From a virus (Duplodnaviria; Caudoviricetes), in the IMG/VR virus record IMGVR_UViG_3300029309_000024, positions 1-62,934 of that record: a stretch of 62,934 nucleotides of DNA; one strand, written 5' to 3'. Made by a program: the position numbers and the translations under genes. The notes beneath the pieces were generated by a model. That model was given only the letters and a program-made list of their open reading frames with translations. It made no database searches and was not told the origin of the DNA. Positions 48,851 to 58,035 of the stretch are shown here, piece by piece. Positions within the stretch are counted from its first letter, which is position 1, and every line of letters begins with the position of its first letter.

Positions 48851-49819
48851 TTACCAAATATCTTCAAAATCTTCTCCTTCATTTGCCTTAGAATAGTCAG
48901 TAGGCCTGATAGCAAAAAAATCGGTGTGAGTAACACCCCCAGTAAGATGATAAAACCAATCCAAAGTATTAGCGCTGGTTGCATCAAATCCGAAATGATT
49001 TGCTTCGTCGTTATACCCGAGTTCGACGATTTTTTCATTTGCTCTTTTCTTTATAAAGTTTTTTAAATCTTCTTTCTTTAAATTCTCAATATCGCCTTGT
49101 TCAAACATTTTATCGATATATTTTAATTCAAGGTCAACCATAATATCAGCAGCTTCTAATACATGATCTTTACATTCTTTTTTAAGTCCTGGAGTTTCTT
49201 CACACATATGTCTAAATAATTGACAACCCATTTTTGAGTGTAGTGATTCATCTCTTACAGACCATTTCATCTGTTGGCCAATACCTTTAAGTAAGTTTCT
49301 AAGCTGAAAGCTATATAAAACAGCAAAAGCAGAATATAACGAAACACCTTCAGCGAAAGCGCTAAAGACTGCCAAACTTTTGGCAATACCAACTTTATCT
49401 TTTCCTTCATAACTAACTAAATTTTCAAACCTATCAGCTGTAGCTGGCTCATGTAAGAAAGCTTCGAAGTCTTCAAGACCTAAAGTTTCATTTAAATAAG
49501 AGTAAGCTACTGCGTGAATAGTTTCTTGTGAACCGAACATCATCGCCATTTGTTGTATTTCATGTTTAGGAAACCAACCTACAACTTTTTGTGTCCAATA
49601 ATCTGATACTGCACATTCTGTTTGTGCAAATCCTAATAATATATTACCTACTAAATGTTTTTCAGCAGGTGTAAGCTTTTCATTCCAGTCTTTTACATCA
49701 GCCGTCATCGGTATTTCTGTGTGTAACCAAAATGCTTGTGCTTGTGGTAACCAACCTTCTGTATAATACTCAGGGTATTCAAAAGGTTTATATGCTATTC
49801 TTTCATCAAATAATCCCAT
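48851..49819 (-). CDS. nrdB: Class I ribonucleotide reductase beta subunit
   Basis: AFW, ETIHAVAY, EGVSLYSAF, RDESLH, TDFFA motifs. Confidence 0.95.
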   Translation of the reverse strand: MGLFDERIAYKPFEYPEYYTEGWLPQAQAFWLHTEIPMTADVKDWNEKLTPAEKHLVGNILLGFAQTECAVSDYWTQKVVGWFPKHEIQQMAMMFGSQETIHAVAYSYLNETLGLEDFEAFLHEPATADRFENLVSYEGKDKVGIAKSLAVFSAFAEGVSLYSAFAVLYSFQLRNLLKGIGQQMKWSVRDESLHSKMGCQLFRHMCEETPGLKKECKDHVLEAADIMVDLELKYIDKMFEQGDIENLKKEDLKNFIKKRANEKIVELGYNDEANHFGFDATSANTLDWFYHLTGGVTHTDFFAIRPTDYSKANEGEDFEDIW

Positions 49820-49821
49820 AA

Positions 49822-49962
49822 TTAATTTTCTTTTATATATTCAAATGCAATATCTACAAATGGTAAATACAATACGTGTAGCACCACATCTTCTTGTTCG
49901 TATGATCTAACTCCTATAAGTATTCCTGGATATAAACCTATAGATATTCTCCATGTTTTCAT
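49822..49962 (-). CDS. Small hypothetical protein (46 aa)
   Basis: MKTWRISIGLYPGILIGVRSY...LYLPFVDI. Confidence 0.6.
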   Translation of the reverse strand: MKTWRISIGLYPGILIGVRSYEQEDVVLHVLYLPFVDIAFEYIKEN

Positions 49963-50105
49963 TATCTTTTTTTTCCTTGTCCTCTATATTTCTTTTTATA
50001 ATACTTGGACGATTTAAGTCCAGATGTTTTTGTTTTAGCGTGCACACCCGGTCTTCTTACTTTTTTCTTTTCTAATACCGTGTACGTTATTCCTCTTCTA
50101 GCCAT
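49962..50105 (-). CDS. Tiny basic protein (47 aa)
   Basis: ...RRPGVHAKTKTSGLKSSKYYKKKYRGQG. Confidence 0.65.
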   Translation of the reverse strand: MARRGITYTVLEKKKVRRPGVHAKTKTSGLKSSKYYKKKYRGQGKKR

Positions 50106-50222
50106 ATACTTTTACATTATATTTTTCATGTATTTCAATAAGTTCATTCCATCTAAGAAATCCTCTATTAACAGCCCACTTCATATGCTTTTCTATTTGT
50201 CTTTCTTTATATTTTAATCTAG

Positions 50223-50678
50223 CTACTTTCTTTTGTTTTTCAATATCTCTATTACTCTGTCGCATTCCTTCTGGTTTTGTGGTTTAAAAAGAGTATAACT
50301 AGGAAACTGTTCAGTAACTAATTTTTTAAATAACTTCCATCTAATAGGAAATGATTCATTAGGTCTACCTTTAGTTTCTATAATAAAATTTTCACCAATA
50401 AAATCTGGTGTATACTTTATAGGTAATATTCTTTTTTCACCTCTGTTCATAAAATCACCTTTTGAATTTGCTTGTCTTTCATAAACTTCATTTTCAAAAT
50501 GAAATCCATTAAGTAAAACAAAAGTTTCGCCCTCGTACTTAGCTTTAATTTTTGCTTTCTTTAAAGCCATGTACATATACTTCTCCAATCCTGAAGCAAA
50601 GTTATGACCATCATAACTAATCTTCTTTGATTGTACCGGACCTTTCTTTCTTCTTACAGGTCTTCTTCTTTTATACAT
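50223..50678 (-). CDS. PD-(D/E)XK endonuclease (T7 endonuclease I-like resolvase)
   Basis: FASGLE...YTPDF...IIETKG. Confidence 0.85.
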   Translation of the reverse strand: MYKRRRPVRRKKGPVQSKKISYDGHNFASGLEKYMYMALKKAKIKAKYEGETFVLLNGFHFENEVYERQANSKGDFMNRGEKRILPIKYTPDFIGENFIIETKGRPNESFPIRWKLFKKLVTEQFPSYTLFKPQNQKECDRVIEILKNKRK

Positions 50679-50914
50679 TATTCTTTTGCTTTAAGATCTC
50701 TTAAATAACATTCTTCAATCTCATCTCTTAATACTCTTCTTGTCTTCTCTATATAGTTGACAGCATCCATTAATTCTTCTTGTATGTGTTGAAGCCATGT
50801 ATCTAAAGGTTGGTCATCTTTATGTAAAGTAATACCATACTTTTTATAACCTACATCAGATCTGTTAATAAACTTTTCTACTACTGATTTAATTACCTCG
50901 TCTCTTATTTTCAT
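50678..50914 (-). CDS. Small all-alpha NTP pyrophosphatase-like protein
   Basis: GYKKYG...WLQHIQEELMDAVNY (EExxD metal motif). Confidence 0.6.
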   Translation of the reverse strand: MKIRDEVIKSVVEKFINRSDVGYKKYGITLHKDDQPLDTWLQHIQEELMDAVNYIEKTRRVLRDEIEECYLRDLKAKE

Positions 50915-51672
50915 TATTCGTCTTTTACAAATGTTCCGTTTACCATTCTCCCAGTTCTACTAGAAATCTCATCATAAGCAGACTGTATGCAAGTTTCAAT
51001 TGAAACGCCGTTAAGTTCGGCGAGATTAGTAAGAACAACAACGCTATCACCAATAGCATCGATAATACCATCTTTATCGTTCTTAAGAAGGGATTGTGAT
51101 AATTCTCCTGTTTCTTCATATAATTTTATTAATTGTGTTTTAGAATCTCCTTTTGTTATTAGATCCCTTTCGTTTGCCCACTCTCTTATTAATTCAAATA
51201 AGGATATTTTTTCGTATGTAGAGTCGGCTAAAAATGCCTCGTAATAAGCTTTATTGTATATGTAGCTTCTGTCTTTATCATACATTGAAACATATGAATT
51301 AGCTTTAATCCATTCAATTGTTTCTTCTGATACTTCAAAACTACCTAAAGCTGTTTCCCATTTAAATCCTAAATTCTTTTTTAACTCTTTAGCTAATTGT
51401 TTTTTAGGGTATGGAAATGTTGAGGTTTGCTCTGTTGCGTTTATCTTCATTTTATTTACTAAATTTTTATATAATGTTCTATCTACTTTGTACCCATAAA
51501 ATTTTTGAAGCTCTATTTCTCGTGTTGATATATAATTAATATCAGACGAAGAATCTAGAACTTCATATTCTTTAGGCTTATAACCCTGCACAAGCGTAAC
51601 CCTGTTATTTAAATCACGTGTTACACCTATTTTTTTACCAGGAATATGATAAATATAATATACTTCTTCCAT
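50914..51672 (-). CDS. MazG-like NTP pyrophosphohydrolase with N-terminal extra domain
   Basis: C-terminal WANERDL...KLYEETGEL...DAIGD...AYDEI..RTG; N-terminal YYIYHIPGKKIGVT. Confidence 0.85.
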   Translation of the reverse strand: MEEVYYIYHIPGKKIGVTRDLNNRVTLVQGYKPKEYEVLDSSSDINYISTREIELQKFYGYKVDRTLYKNLVNKMKINATEQTSTFPYPKKQLAKELKKNLGFKWETALGSFEVSEETIEWIKANSYVSMYDKDRSYIYNKAYYEAFLADSTYEKISLFELIREWANERDLITKGDSKTQLIKLYEETGELSQSLLKNDKDGIIDAIGDSVVVLTNLAELNGVSIETCIQSAYDEISSRTGRMVNGTFVKDE

Positions 51673-51679
51673 GTTATTT

Positions 51680-52513
51680 TTATTTTCCCACAGATAATTC
51701 TGCTTTAATAGCAGGACTGTGATTGTATCCTTCTAATGTTATAGTATCTTTATTAGGAATAAATACAAAATCATTTGCACCTTCTCTTAATTTAATACCA
51801 CCCCAACTCATTTTAAGTTTAGGTAAATCGTATTGCTTTGCTGCAATATACTCTTCAGCTTGTTCTAAATGATTATTATATAAATGACAATCACCTAAGC
51901 TAGCTATAAGAGTTCCTGGTTTATAACCTGCACCGTCTGCTATCATTTCTAATAGCAAACCGTACATAGTTATATCATATGGTAATCCAAGAAATACATC
52001 AGCACTTCTTTGTTGCCACATTAAGTCCAGTTTATCATCGTTACAAAATAACTGGAAGTTATAATGACAAGGAGGGAGTACCATATCGTGAAGATCGTGA
52101 ACGTTCCAAGCTGATACCATGAGTCGTCTACTGGTGGGATTTTCCCTAAGCTCCTGTAAAACCATTTGTAATTGATCGATGCCATTAGCATGGCGCCACT
52201 GGTGGCCGTAAACGGGACCAAGTGTTCTATCAGTCCGATTAGATCTTTGATAATCAGGAATCCAATACTTGACACCGTTGTCAATAAGATAGTCCAAGTC
52301 GCTTCTGCCTTCGACAATCCAAAATAATTCTGTTTTTGCATGATTAAATATAATTTTCTTTTTTGTTAGTATAGGAAAGCCAAGTTTCATATCATGATAT
52401 AACATTCTACCAAATACTGCTCTTGTACCTGTACCTGTTCTATCTGCTTTTTCTTTACCTCCGTGCAATATGCCGGACATTAATCCTGTGTATTCAGTTT
52501 CTATATTTCTCAT
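51680..52513 (-). CDS. thyA: Thymidylate synthase homolog with Asn-to-Asp specificity switch (putative dCMP methylase)
   Basis: DRTGTGT, LGPVYGHQWR, LPPCH, QRSADVFLGLPYDI, GDCHLYNNH; likely start MRNIE at 52513. Confidence 0.85.
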   Translation of the reverse strand: MRNIETEYTGLMSGILHGGKEKADRTGTGTRAVFGRMLYHDMKLGFPILTKKKIIFNHAKTELFWIVEGRSDLDYLIDNGVKYWIPDYQRSNRTDRTLGPVYGHQWRHANGIDQLQMVLQELRENPTSRRLMVSAWNVHDLHDMVLPPCHYNFQLFCNDDKLDLMWQQRSADVFLGLPYDITMYGLLLEMIADGAGYKPGTLIASLGDCHLYNNHLEQAEEYIAAKQYDLPKLKMSWGGIKLREGANDFVFIPNKDTITLEGYNHSPAIKAELSVGK

Positions 52514-52796
52514 AATAATATTCACATGTTTTATACATTTGTTCGTGACACTCTCCTGCTTTATAGCAATCAGGTGAAACATTTACTTTCTCTCCTTTTT
52601 TATATGGGCCTATAGCAATTGTAATATGCCAGCATTTAGGACTTGAACCTGGAGTTTCAGGTTTGTACGATATTCTTATATTATTTTTAACGCACCAAGT
52701 CCAAGCTTCTAGTTGTTGTATAGTCGGAAAGTATGTGCCCATTACACCTTTCTTTCTTTTTCTTCCAACATCTAAAGGCCTTACTGATCCTGCCAT
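52494..52796 (-). CDS. Hypothetical protein
   Basis: 100-aa ORF between the primase-helicase and the thyA-like gene. Confidence 0.65.
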   Translation of the reverse strand: MAGSVRPLDVGRKRKKGVMGTYFPTIQQLEAWTWCVKNNIRISYKPETPGSSPKCWHITIAIGPYKKGEKVNVSPDCYKAGECHEQMYKTCEYYYEKYRN

Positions 52797-52797
52797 A

Positions 52798-54519
52798 TTA
52801 TTCCCAAGGCATTATTGTATTTTCCGGTATAGCTTCAGTATAAGGAACGTAACAACCAGATTTTGGTTCCCACGTAAAGAATGATTCACCGCCATTCTCT
52901 CCTAAGTTTTGAAACTTTACTTTTAATACTTTTACCTTTGTTGTTTTATTTTCATAATCTCTATGAACTAATAAACCGTGGTAACTAGCGTCATACCATT
53001 CACCACCACCTTTAATGTTATACATCGTAGGTTCCTCTATTTTACCATTAGCGTCTTTATACATTTTAGTTGGGTGAGCAACTATTATAACTAATACATC
53101 ATATTTTTTAGCAAACATTTCAATCTTAGTTAAGTATTCTAATGTGTATACATTGACATCTCCATTGTTAGAATCTAAATCTCTAACTTTATTAAATGGA
53201 TCAATTACAAGGCATTTGATACCTTTACGTTTTACAAGCTCAGCACCTTTTTTTAATACTGAATCTAATGTATAACGTTCCATATCGATAAAATAAAAGT
53301 TATCGTTTATATATTCTGCTGTTTGGCTCCATTTATCATTACCAATATCCTTTCTAGATGGCATACCTTGCCAAGCTTTTCTCATTAACTTATGAGCGTG
53401 TAAATATGTAGGAGCATTTTCTGGTGATGCGAAAGCTGTTTTCCAACTATATTGTTGGTTATAACCTATAACCATTTGATCAACAAAGTCAGACTTTCCA
53501 GAAGATGGAATACCTGTAACAGTTATAAACTGTCCGGTGTATGTAGAAAATATTTCATCAAAATTACGTAAACCTATTTGGAACCCCGGTTTAAAACCGT
53601 TTTCAACAAAGTCAGTAACTTCGTTTTCAATATCTTTAAAAGTTGTGACATTTTCAAGAGGTACTGGCCTCGCGTCGTTGATAGTTTTTGATAATCTTTC
53701 AGATCCATATTTTAATAAATATTCGTTTGCGTCTTTACAATCTTCAAATGAAACTGTATAACAAACTTCGGCGCCTAGCCTTCTTATTAGTTCTTGTTTT
53801 AATGCTTGTCCTGGCTCATCATTATCAACAGCTATAATTATCTTTTCAATGCCTGTAAAGTAATCTATACAGTTATCTAAGTAATCTAAATTATTTGTAC
53901 CTAATGTTGCGCCGTTTGGAACTGATATAGCGTTAGATATACCTGCTTCGTGTAAAGCTAATACATCTATTTCACCTTCAGTTATAACACAAAAAGAATG
54001 GCCGACAATAGCGTCAATATTATAAAAGATTTTTTCAGCACCTTTATAAAGCTTGAAGTTCTTGCGACCATCTCTGTATTTTATATTAATGAGTTCACCA
54101 CCCATCATATAATTAAACTTAATTGTGTTCTCTTCTTTAGAGGTTTGTGGCATAAACTCAGGACCCTCGGAAACATTTAAGTCTTCAAGAGTCTGCTGAG
54201 ATATACCTCTACTGTTAAACCACTCTACAATCTTTGAACCTACTGGTTTGTGGGTCTTAGTAGAAAAGTCTGGACGTACATAAACTTTGTCAGCCATTCC
54301 TTTTCTTTTAAAGGTATGTAGTTGAAATGTTTTATTGCAGTTATGACAAGTACCTAATCCTCTCTCCCAATCTAACGAAGCACACTTCTTTTTCTTATTC
54401 TCAGGTTTGCGTGTATGTGAACACGTAGGACATACGCTTTCAGCAGCGCCAACCTTTAAATCATATTGGTTAAACTGGTCGATCTCGAAACCATTAATTT
54501 CGGAATTGTTTACTTGCAT
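52798..54519 (-). CDS. Primase-helicase (T7 gp4 / Twinkle-like)
   Basis: Zn finger CPTC...CHNC, TOPRIM ITEGEID/DND, Walker A GIPSSGKS, LVIDP, IVAHP. Confidence 0.93.
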   Translation of the reverse strand: MQVNNSEINGFEIDQFNQYDLKVGAAESVCPTCSHTRKPENKKKKCASLDWERGLGTCHNCNKTFQLHTFKRKGMADKVYVRPDFSTKTHKPVGSKIVEWFNSRGISQQTLEDLNVSEGPEFMPQTSKEENTIKFNYMMGGELINIKYRDGRKNFKLYKGAEKIFYNIDAIVGHSFCVITEGEIDVLALHEAGISNAISVPNGATLGTNNLDYLDNCIDYFTGIEKIIIAVDNDEPGQALKQELIRRLGAEVCYTVSFEDCKDANEYLLKYGSERLSKTINDARPVPLENVTTFKDIENEVTDFVENGFKPGFQIGLRNFDEIFSTYTGQFITVTGIPSSGKSDFVDQMVIGYNQQYSWKTAFASPENAPTYLHAHKLMRKAWQGMPSRKDIGNDKWSQTAEYINDNFYFIDMERYTLDSVLKKGAELVKRKGIKCLVIDPFNKVRDLDSNNGDVNVYTLEYLTKIEMFAKKYDVLVIIVAHPTKMYKDANGKIEEPTMYNIKGGGEWYDASYHGLLVHRDYENKTTKVKVLKVKFQNLGENGGESFFTWEPKSGCYVPYTEAIPENTIMPWE

Positions 54520-54548
54520 TTAATTAAATTTATTTCTAGTTGTGGTTA

Positions 54549-54857
54549 TTAAAATGGTAAATCATCTTGTGCAACTTGCGGTTGAGCTGGAGCTGCTTGT
54601 TGTTGATCTCTTTTTACCGGTTGAGGAAACTCCCCGTCCGTCCATACTACAGAAGCATTACCTAAAAAAGTTCTAGGTTCCTTAGCTTCTCTCTCTTCTT
54701 TACTTTGAGCGATAGCTACGGGTCCGTGATTACCATAAGCGTCTACGTCATTGTTAACAGTAATAGTAATTGGTAAATACTTACCTTTCTTTCCTGTAAT
54801 AACTTTAGACTTATCTATAGCAGTCAGGTTTATACTTGTTTTAATTATTCCTGCCAT
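54549..54857 (-). CDS. Putative single-stranded DNA-binding protein
   Basis: Acidic DDLPF C-terminus; lies between recombination and primase genes. Confidence 0.7.
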   Translation of the reverse strand: MAGIIKTSINLTAIDKSKVITGKKGKYLPITITVNNDVDAYGNHGPVAIAQSKEEREAKEPRTFLGNASVVWTDGEFPQPVKRDQQQAAPAQPQVAQDDLPF

Positions 54858-54859
54858 TA

Positions 54860-55027
54860 TTAATATGTTTGTAATTGTGAAAACATTCTTTGTAACTGTG
54901 CTTTATTAGCACCTGTTGTTCTTCTTAAGTTATCAACTGCTTTTACATGTGATTGATTACCGTAGAAGTTTCTTTCGCTTGTAGTCATACCTGTTACGCT
55001 ACAAGTTCTTTTTTTTGTTCTAGCCAT
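54860..55027 (-). CDS. Small hypothetical protein (55 aa)
   Basis: MARTKKRTCSVTGMTTSERNFYGNQSHVKAVDNLRR... Confidence 0.6.
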   Translation of the reverse strand: MARTKKRTCSVTGMTTSERNFYGNQSHVKAVDNLRRTTGANKAQLQRMFSQLQTY

Positions 55028-55036
55028 AATATTAAA

Positions 55037-55780
55037 TTAAAGTGTTTTAGTTAAAAAAAATTGTGATGGATCAAAGCCATCTGTTTTAAAGAATAGTTCA
55101 TATGCTTCGGTAGCTCTAACAACTTTATCTCTACCTGATTCATAGAATTCATCCGAACAATCAAATATTCCTATCTGATGTGTTGTTTTATCCATTACGA
55201 TAAATAACATGTCATAACCGAACATCTCTTTATATATCCAAGCTTGACTGTCATAGTTGTATTTATATGCTGAATATTTAAATTTACTTATATCAGCACT
55301 TGTTTTGAGGTCTACTATAAGTTGCTCGTCCTCATTTATTATATCGGCTTTGCCTTTCCACATATTACCAAACAACCTTACTATCCCGGGTTGTTCGTAT
55401 TTGACACGTGCGCCTTTTCTTGAACCTTGTATATAATCCTTACATACATTATTCTTTAGCAACTTATCTCGCATTAAATTAATCTTATCAGCCTCGTGCT
55501 GTAATAAGCATAATTCACCATCGGAAATTTCCTTATACTTTTTTGTATTCCTTGTGCTAGATTCGATGATTTTATATTTATCAATCTTATCTGGTTCAAG
55601 TATACTTGTATGGAAATAACCACCAACTAAAAAGGCAGACGTCATTTGAGACGGTGCCTTAAAGCTTAATGGATCTTTTAATAATGCGGAAATATCTGAG
55701 TTACTTAAATACTGTTTACCAAATTTACCGTAGTAATGGTTATCGTCTTTAAGCTTCTCTAATACCTCTTCTTTTATCAT
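55037..55780 (-). CDS. PD-(D/E)XK exonuclease (RecE/ExoVIII, DUF3799-like)
   Basis: LSNSD, FHTSILEP, KGKAD, VDLKT, YDSQAWIY. Confidence 0.85.
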   Translation of the reverse strand: MIKEEVLEKLKDDNHYYGKFGKQYLSNSDISALLKDPLSFKAPSQMTSAFLVGGYFHTSILEPDKIDKYKIIESSTRNTKKYKEISDGELCLLQHEADKINLMRDKLLKNNVCKDYIQGSRKGARVKYEQPGIVRLFGNMWKGKADIINEDEQLIVDLKTSADISKFKYSAYKYNYDSQAWIYKEMFGYDMLFIVMDKTTHQIGIFDCSDEFYESGRDKVVRATEAYELFFKTDGFDPSQFFLTKTL

Positions 55781-56314
55781 TTATAGTGTTGTTAATTGTT
55801 TTTCTTGCTCAGGTGTCATTGCATACTTCTTTTTAATTGAAGCAACTTTACCTCCTGATTTAACATATTCTTGTGCTTGCTTAAGCTGTGCTGCAGTCAT
55901 AGTTTGGCTACCATGTGTATTAGTAGCGTCTGAGTCTGCTGTATCATCTATAAGTAATAAATTACCTAAAGCATACTTTTTACCATAAGATGAAGCTGAA
56001 CCAAATTGTTGAGGTGTTTGCATACCTTTTTGATTCAAATCAATTCCAACCACAGCTGTAGCTGAAACAAATGAATTCAGGTCTTCACAGTCATGAATTC
56101 GTGCTTTTGATTGAATAATAGGAACATTGGCCCCCATACCCATTTGTAATTCCTCATGTATTACGAAATAAACTTTATATTTATCGCAAAATGGTTTAAG
56201 TGCTTCAAGAATATCTTCGGCTGATCTGAAGTTATATTTGCCGAATGAATTATAACGCGATTTTTTCGCTTTGAATTGTTGTTGAATTAAACTTAATTTT
56301 TCGTGTATTGTCAT
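55781..56314 (-). CDS. erf: ERF-family ssDNA annealing protein
   Basis: YNFRSAEDILEALKP...QQFGSASSYGKKYAL...DDTADSD. Confidence 0.9.
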   Translation of the reverse strand: MTIHEKLSLIQQQFKAKKSRYNSFGKYNFRSAEDILEALKPFCDKYKVYFVIHEELQMGMGANVPIIQSKARIHDCEDLNSFVSATAVVGIDLNQKGMQTPQQFGSASSYGKKYALGNLLLIDDTADSDATNTHGSQTMTAAQLKQAQEYVKSGGKVASIKKKYAMTPEQEKQLTTL

Positions 56315-56319
56315 TGTGT

Positions 56320-56334
56320 ATATATATTATTACG
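56320..56334 (-). promoter_or_regulatory. Candidate middle/late promoter (CGTAAT plus AT tract)
   Basis: CACGTAATAATATATATAC just upstream of erf. Confidence 0.4.
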
Positions 56335-56349
56335 TGTTATTTTAACTAT

Positions 56350-56673
56350 TTAATTACCAAGTCTATAGAATAACCAAACTTGTTGTGATCTTGGTTTTGT
56401 TATTACTAAAGTGGTATTCCCGATGTAGAATAAAAGATTATACTCATCTTCTACATCATCTCTAATTACTCTTAGCTCCCCGTCAACTAATTCTAGTTTG
56501 CCAGACGCTAATATGCCTTTTGTATTTCTCCTAGTGAATGTTTCGTTAGGTTGAATTATTAAAAGTTCTTGATCTAAGTTATACCAATTGCCGTATAATT
56601 CTTGCGGTATTGGTTCAGACTTTTGCGTATAGCAAAAGCTTGTCATTAATAAAAATAAAATTAATATTCTCAT
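56350..56673 (-). CDS. Secreted lipocalin-like beta protein
   Basis: Signal peptide, LYGNW motif. Confidence 0.6.
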   Translation of the reverse strand: MRILILFLLMTSFCYTQKSEPIPQELYGNWYNLDQELLIIQPNETFTRRNTKGILASGKLELVDGELRVIRDDVEDEYNLLFYIGNTTLVITKPRSQQVWLFYRLGN

Positions 56674-57425
56674 AAAAAATCTAATACTTGTGATTTATCT
56701 ACTGTTTGTATTAAAGTATCAATTGCGTCTCTTTTAATTTGCGAAACGCGAACGTAGTTGGCAGTGCCTTCTATGTTAAGTTTCTGTGCAATTTCTTTTG
56801 CACTCATTTTATCACAGTCAAGTCCGTAGCTCATACGTAGTACATCATATTCTCTATCTGATAGATTTGTTTTCATAAGCCCTAATAGATACGCGTTTAT
56901 TATATCTATATTATACTTTTCCGATTTATCTGGAATTTGCATAAGAGCATTGTCCTCTTCATTTTCATACTCAACATCTATACTAGAAAATATACTGTTA
57001 AAAAACATTTGTACTATCTTCTTGTCGCCACCATCTGATTTTCTAATTTCATTAAGCTTGTATTCAGGTATTCTCATATTACCTCGATTAATATCAATCT
57101 CTCTTCTTATTGCACCTCGAATACGTTTCGACAAAAATGATTTAAGTGTTTTTTCTGGGTGCTCAGATTCGTTTATAACATTCCAATCAATACGATCGAC
57201 TGCTAAGATTAAACCTTCCGCGCCAGACTGTAATAAATCATTAATACTTAGAACGCCGGAAGCTTGGTCTGAAGTAGAAAAAGAACGTGCTACGGACTCA
57301 ACTAGTGGTAAATTTTCAATTATTATTGTATCTCTCTCTGAGTATTTACCCTCAGAGGCTAAATTTAAACTGTCTTCTAAATCAAGTTTATACCTGATAT
57401 AGTTTTGGACGTTATATCTTTTCAT
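56670..57425 (-). CDS. Phage sigma70-family RNA polymerase sigma factor
   Basis: Region 2 (NLPLVESVAR...DLLQSGAEGLILAVD...RIRGAI) and region 4 (LSDREYDVLRMSYGL...SAKEIA...RVSQIK). Confidence 0.9.
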   Translation of the reverse strand: MKRYNVQNYIRYKLDLEDSLNLASEGKYSERDTIIIENLPLVESVARSFSTSDQASGVLSINDLLQSGAEGLILAVDRIDWNVINESEHPEKTLKSFLSKRIRGAIRREIDINRGNMRIPEYKLNEIRKSDGGDKKIVQMFFNSIFSSIDVEYENEEDNALMQIPDKSEKYNIDIINAYLLGLMKTNLSDREYDVLRMSYGLDCDKMSAKEIAQKLNIEGTANYVRVSQIKRDAIDTLIQTVDKSQVLDFL

Positions 57426-58035
57426 TTAAAAGTTTTTTTTCTCTAACTAATCCATTACTTATATTCCTATAAATAGTTCTTGTAGAGACGTTTAAAATAG
57501 TTGCTATCTTTTTTATTGTAATTTTTTCTTTGTTATCGTTAATTGTTAACATAGCTTCGTATATATCTTCAGGTGTAGCTTTTTTCTGTTTACCAATTAA
57601 CTTACCTATTATTTGTTGTTTTTGTTTTGTACTTAATCCTGAATTATCTCTAAAAATAACTTTTCTTGGTTTATTCTTAGGTCTATCACTATCGAAATCG
57701 ATTAAGTTTATTTCCTCAATCATTTTATCAATAATATTTTTAGGACAATTGAAAGTTATATAACCCATTTTTTTGTTTGCTATAAACCTTGCAAGCGTAT
57801 CAAATTGTAAGTGTGTCATTTCTTGATTTAAATACCACAATACAATTAAGTGCCATTTCAAAGATTTATATGTAGTTATCTTAGCTTTACTGCGAAATAA
57901 AGCATAACATTCATGAGTTCCGTGTTCATAATACCATCCCCAATCGTACTGTTTTGTAGGTATATCATCAACAGGGTCACGTCTATATAGTATTCTATTG
58001 TCAATTAAATATTTCAAATTTCTTTCAAATATCAT
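57412..58035 (-). CDS. DNA-binding protein with C-terminal HTH
   Basis: ITIKKIATILNVSTRTIYR. Confidence 0.8.
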   Translation of the reverse strand: MIFERNLKYLIDNRILYRRDPVDDIPTKQYDWGWYYEHGTHECYALFRSKAKITTYKSLKWHLIVLWYLNQEMTHLQFDTLARFIANKKMGYITFNCPKNIIDKMIEEINLIDFDSDRPKNKPRKVIFRDNSGLSTKQKQQIIGKLIGKQKKATPEDIYEAMLTINDNKEKITIKKIATILNVSTRTIYRNISNGLVREKKLLNEKI

